From IMG/VR virus record IMGVR_UViG_3300045911_000062, positions 9,947 to 73,946 of that record: a DNA stretch of 64,000 nt; one strand, given 5' to 3'. Position 1 is the stretch's first letter, and each line of letters starts with the position of its first letter. The position numbers and the translations under genes were made by a program. Under the pieces are notes generated by a model. The model was not told the origin of the DNA. It did not search any database and was given only the letters and a program-made list of their open reading frames with translations. This DNA comes from a virus. Below are positions 60,801-64,000 of this stretch, one piece after another.

Positions 60801-61165
60801 GGATTCCAATTAAATTGTAACAATTTACCCCAATCATCAAAAGAATTAATATCAATTCCAGTTAATTCTAATTTCTTTAAAAACTCTTGAAAAGATAAAA
60901 ATTTTTTAACTGTACCAACAGAATGCTGAATAATTGGTTGCAATTGATTTTGTTTTCTAAACTCATCAACTTCTGCTATATTTGGAATAGCATTTGGATT
61001 TGTATCAACATCTCCTACATTTCCAATATAACGTACTGTTTCTGGCTTAGTTAAATATCGATTGAATAAATTCTCATTTATACAATCAAGTAATTTTGAT
61101 TTATTAACTTTTGGTATTAAATCATTTAAATTAGTACGCTTCTTTGAATAATCAGAACTATTCAC
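51863..61165 (-). CDS. Giant (3100 aa) virion structural protein, probable baseplate wedge component
   Basis: Follows the gp6-like gene; QLQP, WNPPIDFDKLINYRDYFW, EFWAYRIACFG, YYFWVKNK, FKTSW; late motif at 61189-61196. Confidence 0.75.
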   Translation of the reverse strand: MNSSDYSKKRTNLNDLIPKVNKSKLLDCINENLFNRYLTKPETVRYIGNVGDVDTNPNAIPNIAEVDEFRKQNQLQPIIQHSVGTVKKFLSFQEFLKKLELTGIDINSFDDWGKLLQFNWNPPIDFDKLINYRDYFWNSTSTEPDYITIKNNLTRSKARFQSAISSLLEITKQYDIYNTTINSVEIKGNHTSKFSTGDYIIIESDHGDHIISKVFSCYYNSGSQRTTINILDDIPDYPVKTISNIMIYDVTVSDSTITVSGDLTTIFKKGYVFSISDGCDVLLLVESSSFDPILNVTKINIMSGHHTLTDSVSVLNCSPLIFLLYGEVLANSQDEFLYSENLWDIEDVKYYWCNKILIFSGENGESTLGQDTLKDTTINFITSGIIAGDILHITSGTQIGQYEIKEVYDTALRLNKIMFNETGIEYYISRNNNILNVSSQDIVNRLRYVNSIDEIQQFNGVIWNTVLKNASLLTGITVYKNFNVCKQLDDWSLSNYWVHKDQIKDMTDKTRAQIPIIEFDDCLEMSDTSLATHEWDYRVNDNSSYVQTDIQPTLFELHDISLVDGNEFYFDDYYTIIFNEKYGNLLDGISVGTEILLSGFEKNNGFYKVSNVEYLKIVISNRYVTKITLEQALVDISDFPIGGRISPKFTSFGDQFVYDKHQWRFKGIKDIKPSSLNWTKNPMLDEYFYSFVSTDYSSNVYLSAQEFKYTSLVQGPQIIFDNILQNVVLYDDYQEGDIRVYINGIRQYGNFSDLVSQINVDYVGGIKFDDSISISESDTIRIEVGEYFLEDVGRRDVLINTPDSVNTNLIIKEKYNLTRLRKIEQKRFSRNSYPFFKIFNDDTTENDSASEIFKYVEQSDMPVNPYILKRIKYDYTLKDFVFENKLNSENQNIYAYKRHGNFHTVWHHGNNNELSVPQKIGDQWDITDSWFYNIEHENRKYISLRDIFRHASSCIEKQQKDIVYFSKNKSKYYLQTNPNKILGGTIKEHNGGLDSLISALFSNTGTPPEIIDMAASQYNMLLNYIKEIYRDLLVSNINSNANLTYDGFLNNIISQTIDVFENNDLFDELYGDSLNTGIKNFISSATSMGIFKKVVPHLFKNENGNLCLTHHTGHMSQIIFTNAELEQIIQALQFTNTQNVNNHNDPLPPPTTVGEILIRTDLQLKTRKIYKTSNSLQWFQIDPIEVLAELMLNIENKLYNDCKDYTNRYDFNVIFNNNLFYKNYKQQFMKFISRYGIDFPFSISNTFKSHDPFTWNYFYSPIPEHPKTSLPDPMTFGCWQALYEYVYGTAYPHEQPWILQGYTDKPSWWDDTYLNTNPLISRKWNGLMWLNILNGIVPSGKLLPDGNIATGSIGDIEDVFLFLPVNILDTPTDDGYLPDELLPPYWNSSNTTSNNIRTIFDVNSNYSVNTPNLDYEFGQNGTYEWVWKHSIWHNYDLMTVAYKLDPITFFNSVFDSEFNVIDCLQIDKRLHKVRNHKITLFHGELVDNKIYKSHGINQWYIFFNRYNSIDGNISSFKDTWNNWKQKLSYLFSGMIDTDNLEVFNYNFDITDKDFSLDIYKRTSFDKKEMTGLSATLLSVPSKYSKNRDNGIGWTTEFSSLGNSDTVDVYRPQAFDFYVDLDNNLFVISKYKLMAASIVIPVGYQDIDFSQKIYNSYQTGLSNSNFNYNCKVVVDGSITIPITIKGYKAQTISQLLTELNLQLSSHAVASIYYGDIRIQSLSTDINSAIDITDLGLFSSITGFSSIRPADKTEYEFLKSFKIYKNLMRDFPPGSQFTIDGSSQFNGIYNVLNSHFDVQTQMTTIFVSNNVPVSNDIVDGYVIPGNSRTLPNEWIDGTELFVETNGILPNPLDPFTPYYFVKVDDYSFRLSNSQKGAQNGSYLSVLSLGSGSHVIGKLSRTFKALSGAITNYPWRVYESDKRKIVTEVLPYQTSGIQDAVNFLIGYNDKLFDDGIIFSNKDADNKDNIYDRTNDWQFFIEKFISWAYQVRAIKQEDTLRFEVRPNVTDNTLEIQNGAYVNWPNGTEILFVKENNTVLPTPFNNPLSEYIPYYVIRTTSSNRIQLALSTYDALNGKAINITDSGVGKFYIRTTNNITNYPSLVLNPCKHNIFIQHPQGIISDIFNRTDYFFAETPKVYDTFGELLNNREILVYRNDKETKIRLVEDIIEKNSKEFSYNKINSNDIVSTSVTLNNDIKEIGGFKLFLDGYEHILSFNDLSVDNSLIFDKFLGLKTPRFYMEYSRTPDFTLRPNVGGYVLQSGKLVDNIEHSVESLRYLFDTYNSSENRSIVERSRKSIGYDGPKDYMDDLQINDKTQFLFWRGMIQNKGTNMAIDSYVNQPKFLDAGVDEFWAYRIACFGDNKEKIYPELKLFARDASTKEMRVEFVTPDGGSLNDTFEPVRLTDLHRWWNQPDQLYMLSPKPSFYFDVQVTSISYNIENELEIHTKYAKTTKNEINIVNFNNTVPIKVINGRYIFKLPLKSDKVIVTYYDSETQTNKQLSEGYDYNLINTGAIEFYDISGKTNITVTTLSYNYDAQNPATLLDKKSDVVMKRIPIWHPAIGHHYHIPNFVIDIQSDNDKAIYNFEDTSANETVWLKNKEGIVWLDTSKMYYIPYYDSKIFPDINYRIFNWGRMADFGEIVMYQWTESLVHPEEWGLAVAKDLKNKNLLQNDKRTGEAYYKIYRNIEEETGMPPIWVEHKDEIFEFTVKLVEPDTIVENLIHTDAKVYINGFYVGTLDLDLYSLHDYCYGALLENQISKPKPQDIVTLVFEARMPTQDELDAGGIYKKVYPHSYVTKLDPLSKKEYKVYYFWVKNKENKIALTGDSLINLKEAQNQLRFIPEPHMILQGLRTPEFGYGLVYGIVYDEDEYELPYRYTQLVVKGLENTIKDDSRYALRFTRDFTLRDELPSPNSLYSPLYLKNVHWEWKLIREKQLAKIDMFLWDRVIESMIGKRIVSGTVDETKLLPSLNRTVYDNIYNSDTRYGLGEEQVFMDGELAKYIVNSMLNDPNIKYNNVDINEFLKNNNLNSESNIITTMYAIYNNFTTEEVNKIFFELLHAAMTHKKHHSDIFKTSWVALQSTINVSSPSIGVIRLQNFENGSCPS

Positions 61166-61223
61166 AAGTTTTCCTTAATCTGTATTCGTATTTATTATTA
61201 AACAATTGGTTAAAAAATAGGCA

Positions 61224-64000
61224 TTATAATGTTTGTTTTAAAATTTTCGGATTTAATGATTCTACTATTTCAATATCATTTACGCTTATAGATGGTTGAA
61301 TTATTTCATCATCTTTACAAAATACTTGTAATAAATCGCCGAAAATGTGTGTAGGGCTAGTTGGAACTAAAACAACAGAATCTAATTCAACCGGCAAAGT
61401 ATTATGTATGTAAGAAGCTAATACTGTGAAATTGAAAGTCTGACCGAATTCCCATTTATTTATATTAAAAAATGACTTTACAGCATCTACTATTATAGTT
61501 TTTATCTGATTATTTGTGAGCGATCTATTATTAATAGAACGTATTACTTTTATTTTTGCTTTTAACGAATCATGCGCATGTTTGCCTATAATAATTTTTA
61601 CTTTTCCTGGATGAATTATAACAGAATCGGAAATCATTTTATTCCCTAACAGATTTTTATAATCATTTCTTAGTTGAAATGTGTTAGGAGGTTCAGGTTT
61701 AGATTCTATTCTATCATTTAACCATAAATTAACTGCATTATAATATCCTCTTGTCATAATGAATAAATCTATAATGTTTGAAGGTGCCGGATCTATCAAA
61801 TGGTATCTAGGAGTTCTATGTAACCATAAGAAATTTATGTATTCTCTACCTATTTCCCTTTTCCAAAAACCAGTTTCATTTTGCAAATCCTGTTGATATT
61901 GTGCTAAATTTTCAGGAGTTGCTGGCTTCCAAACCCATTCACAATTATGACATTCTCTTTGGAAATAAACATAATTTCCTGATTTTATTAAATATGGAAG
62001 TGTAACTTCATCTGGAATACCGTCCCCATCGTCATCATTAGGAACAATTATGAGATCATGTATGCTTTCTAAACCTGAATTTACACCAACATCAATTATA
62101 TCTTGTTTGATAACTCTGAATGTATAATTTCTATTTAAAGAACATCCATTTGATCCAATATTTGCACTTAAAATTACAATCTCATCGTAATTCGTTTTTA
62201 AAGTATCATACGTTACAACTTTTCTATTGTCATTAGAAATCCAGAATTTTACTTCGTTGCTGTGAACAACTAAATTTTTAGTTTTATATACTAAAACCCA
62301 CTCATTGGTATTTGCCGTTAAATGTATTGATGCAGTTTCTGAATAGCTTATATCATTTGTAAATGACCATAAATTTGTATGAACATCATATACAAAATAT
62401 AATGTTCCTGGTTTATTGTTTATTAATATTAATAATTTTTCTCTTAATAATATAGTTTCTGCATCTGTAAAATTTTTACGTAATGCATTTGGCGGAACTT
62501 CATCAAGTATTTGTTTTATAAAAAACTCTTCAGTATCAAAGATAGGAACTATATAATTATTAATTAATGCTGTAATAGTTTCTGCACTATTTCCACCTTC
62601 TTCCGGTAAATCACCAGAAGATATTACTTGTTGCTTTTGACCAGTTCTAAAATATACAACTAAATCATCACCAAATAATTTTACATTTTCATAAAAATTT
62701 CTAGGATCTTGCCAATATACATATTTTGAATCACCTGCAAATGTTCTGTTTAATGCCTTCATTTTCAAAATAGAATTATCTTGTAATAAGAATTCATTAT
62801 AATCTTTATTATTGACCATTCTATCTTGTGTATAATAAACAGATGGCGCTATTCTCCTAATATTTTCAATGCTTTCGCTTGGCGCAGCATTTTGTATAGG
62901 ATCTACTAAAGAAAATAATACAGTTAACGTTTGTAATTTATTATTTTTATCTCTATAACTGAATGATGCAGAAACATTCTGAATAGCGCTAACTGGTATT
63001 ACATATTCAGCATTAATAGAAGTTCTAAACCAAACCTCAAACAAACCGCTTGGTATTGCAGCAAAATTACCGTCGCCAAATATAATTCTGAATCTATCCC
63101 TGTCTAATGTTTCAATTTCGTATTTGTTTCTATTTGGATTAGTGTTAAATACAATATTTTGTGAATTAGCTAAGTCTACTTGTTCCCATTCACCAATTCT
63201 GTGGTTATTATTAAGTTCATTTCCTACTATAATTTGTTCAGTAATAGGATCTATATTATTAACCCACACATCAGTATTATTACAATTATCTACCAAAATA
63301 TCAATAGTTTGATTAGGTGTTATACCATCAAATGAAAATGTTTCACGTTGAAGCTGACCTTGTTTTGTATACATGAAAAAGCCGGTATGATCTGAACTAT
63401 CACCTAAACCATCACTTAAAAATAATAAATTAAACTTTTGATTTTTTTCTGGTCTTTTTTCATATGGACCATTTTCATTCAATTCACAACTAACTAACTC
63501 AAAAGGATAAGATTCATTAGATACGGAAGTAGAATATGATATAACATTATTGAATAATGGTTCATTATTCAATGAATATAATTCAAATAATATATCTTGA
63601 ACCTGAACCCTATCAGATTGTAAAACCGATCCAAATGGTTGTTCAAATGTAGAATTTAATATTGTTAAAAACTTTTCTTTCCAATTTAAATCTACAGGGT
63701 CATTCCAGTTAACATATTTGTTCGATAGATCTATTCCATTAGAATCAAATATTCTTTCGGTTGTAGAAATTGATTTTATTTTAACTAATCCTCTACCTGG
63801 AATATTTCTATAAGCTTTATATGATAAAAATTTAGCTAATCTTAATATAGATTCTTTTCTATTAGCATCTGTTATAAAATTTTCATGAGCATTTAAATCG
63901 AAACGATAAGCTAGAAGTTCGCAAATATATGCGAAAGTTTCAATAACCATAATAAATTCTGAACTTTCAATATAATCATTAAAATCTTCAGTATGGTATA
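61224..64000 (-). CDS. Baseplate wedge subunit (gp6-like), 5' end runs off the window
   Basis: Frame is open to the window end (..YHTEDFNDYIESSEFIMVIE..); ENFITDANRKESILRLA, FGDGNF, ESIENIR..AP..YYTQDRMV..DY. Confidence 0.88.
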   Translation of the reverse strand, partial: YHTEDFNDYIESSEFIMVIETFAYICELLAYRFDLNAHENFITDANRKESILRLAKFLSYKAYRNIPGRGLVKIKSISTTERIFDSNGIDLSNKYVNWNDPVDLNWKEKFLTILNSTFEQPFGSVLQSDRVQVQDILFELYSLNNEPLFNNVISYSTSVSNESYPFELVSCELNENGPYEKRPEKNQKFNLLFLSDGLGDSSDHTGFFMYTKQGQLQRETFSFDGITPNQTIDILVDNCNNTDVWVNNIDPITEQIIVGNELNNNHRIGEWEQVDLANSQNIVFNTNPNRNKYEIETLDRDRFRIIFGDGNFAAIPSGLFEVWFRTSINAEYVIPVSAIQNVSASFSYRDKNNKLQTLTVLFSLVDPIQNAAPSESIENIRRIAPSVYYTQDRMVNNKDYNEFLLQDNSILKMKALNRTFAGDSKYVYWQDPRNFYENVKLFGDDLVVYFRTGQKQQVISSGDLPEEGGNSAETITALINNYIVPIFDTEEFFIKQILDEVPPNALRKNFTDAETILLREKLLILINNKPGTLYFVYDVHTNLWSFTNDISYSETASIHLTANTNEWVLVYKTKNLVVHSNEVKFWISNDNRKVVTYDTLKTNYDEIVILSANIGSNGCSLNRNYTFRVIKQDIIDVGVNSGLESIHDLIIVPNDDDGDGIPDEVTLPYLIKSGNYVYFQRECHNCEWVWKPATPENLAQYQQDLQNETGFWKREIGREYINFLWLHRTPRYHLIDPAPSNIIDLFIMTRGYYNAVNLWLNDRIESKPEPPNTFQLRNDYKNLLGNKMISDSVIIHPGKVKIIIGKHAHDSLKAKIKVIRSINNRSLTNNQIKTIIVDAVKSFFNINKWEFGQTFNFTVLASYIHNTLPVELDSVVLVPTSPTHIFGDLLQVFCKDDEIIQPSISVNDIEIVESLNPKILKQTL

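Noticed and set aside
809-63312. Many short antisense or overlapping ORFs in the track (e.g. 809..1222, 8772..9074, 39715..40194, 53839..54189)
   Set aside because: They are shadows of well-supported genes, with no motifs or start signals.
1-64000. Genome-wide stop-codon reassignment
   Set aside because: Long conserved genes are intact in the standard code and end in TAA, TAG or TGA (several ATGA overlaps). Only one in-frame TGA was seen.
1-64000. tRNA, rRNA, reverse transcriptase/DGR, integrase or IS elements
   Set aside because: No recognisable signatures, and intergenic gaps are short and AT-rich. A covariance-model search would be needed to exclude small RNAs.

Overview
This AT-rich, densely coding window in the standard genetic code is part of a T4-like (myovirus) jumbo phage genome, with both end genes running off the window. 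It encodes a contractile-tail module (gp6-like wedge, a 3100-aa virion protein, gp15-like protein, sheath, tube, gp4-like nuclease). Replication genes include PolB, a probable sliding clamp, RNase H/5' exonuclease, primase and a DsbA-like protein. Nucleotide metabolism genes are nrdA, nrdB, thyA, a HAD nucleotidase and a NUDIX hydrolase. There are also a ClpP-like protease and two mobile endonuclease-GNAT fusion genes. The most notable signal is about 10 glycan-building or glycan-decorating genes (11.4-14.6 kb, 23.1-30.5 kb and the left edge), including a tandem GT60-type polypeptide GlcNAc-transferase. They co-occur with probable virion proteins carrying mucin-like Pro/Thr/Ser tracts: (SITP)24, (SITP)14 and (PT)n. 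Both gene sets lie behind the same T4-type late promoter motif (NATAAATA). I infer a phage-encoded, mucin-type virion O-glycosylation system. Other oddities are an in-frame TGA inside a SITP repeat, an apparently split baseplate gene and several degenerate pseudo-enzymes. All product calls come from motif recognition by eye; no database search was run.
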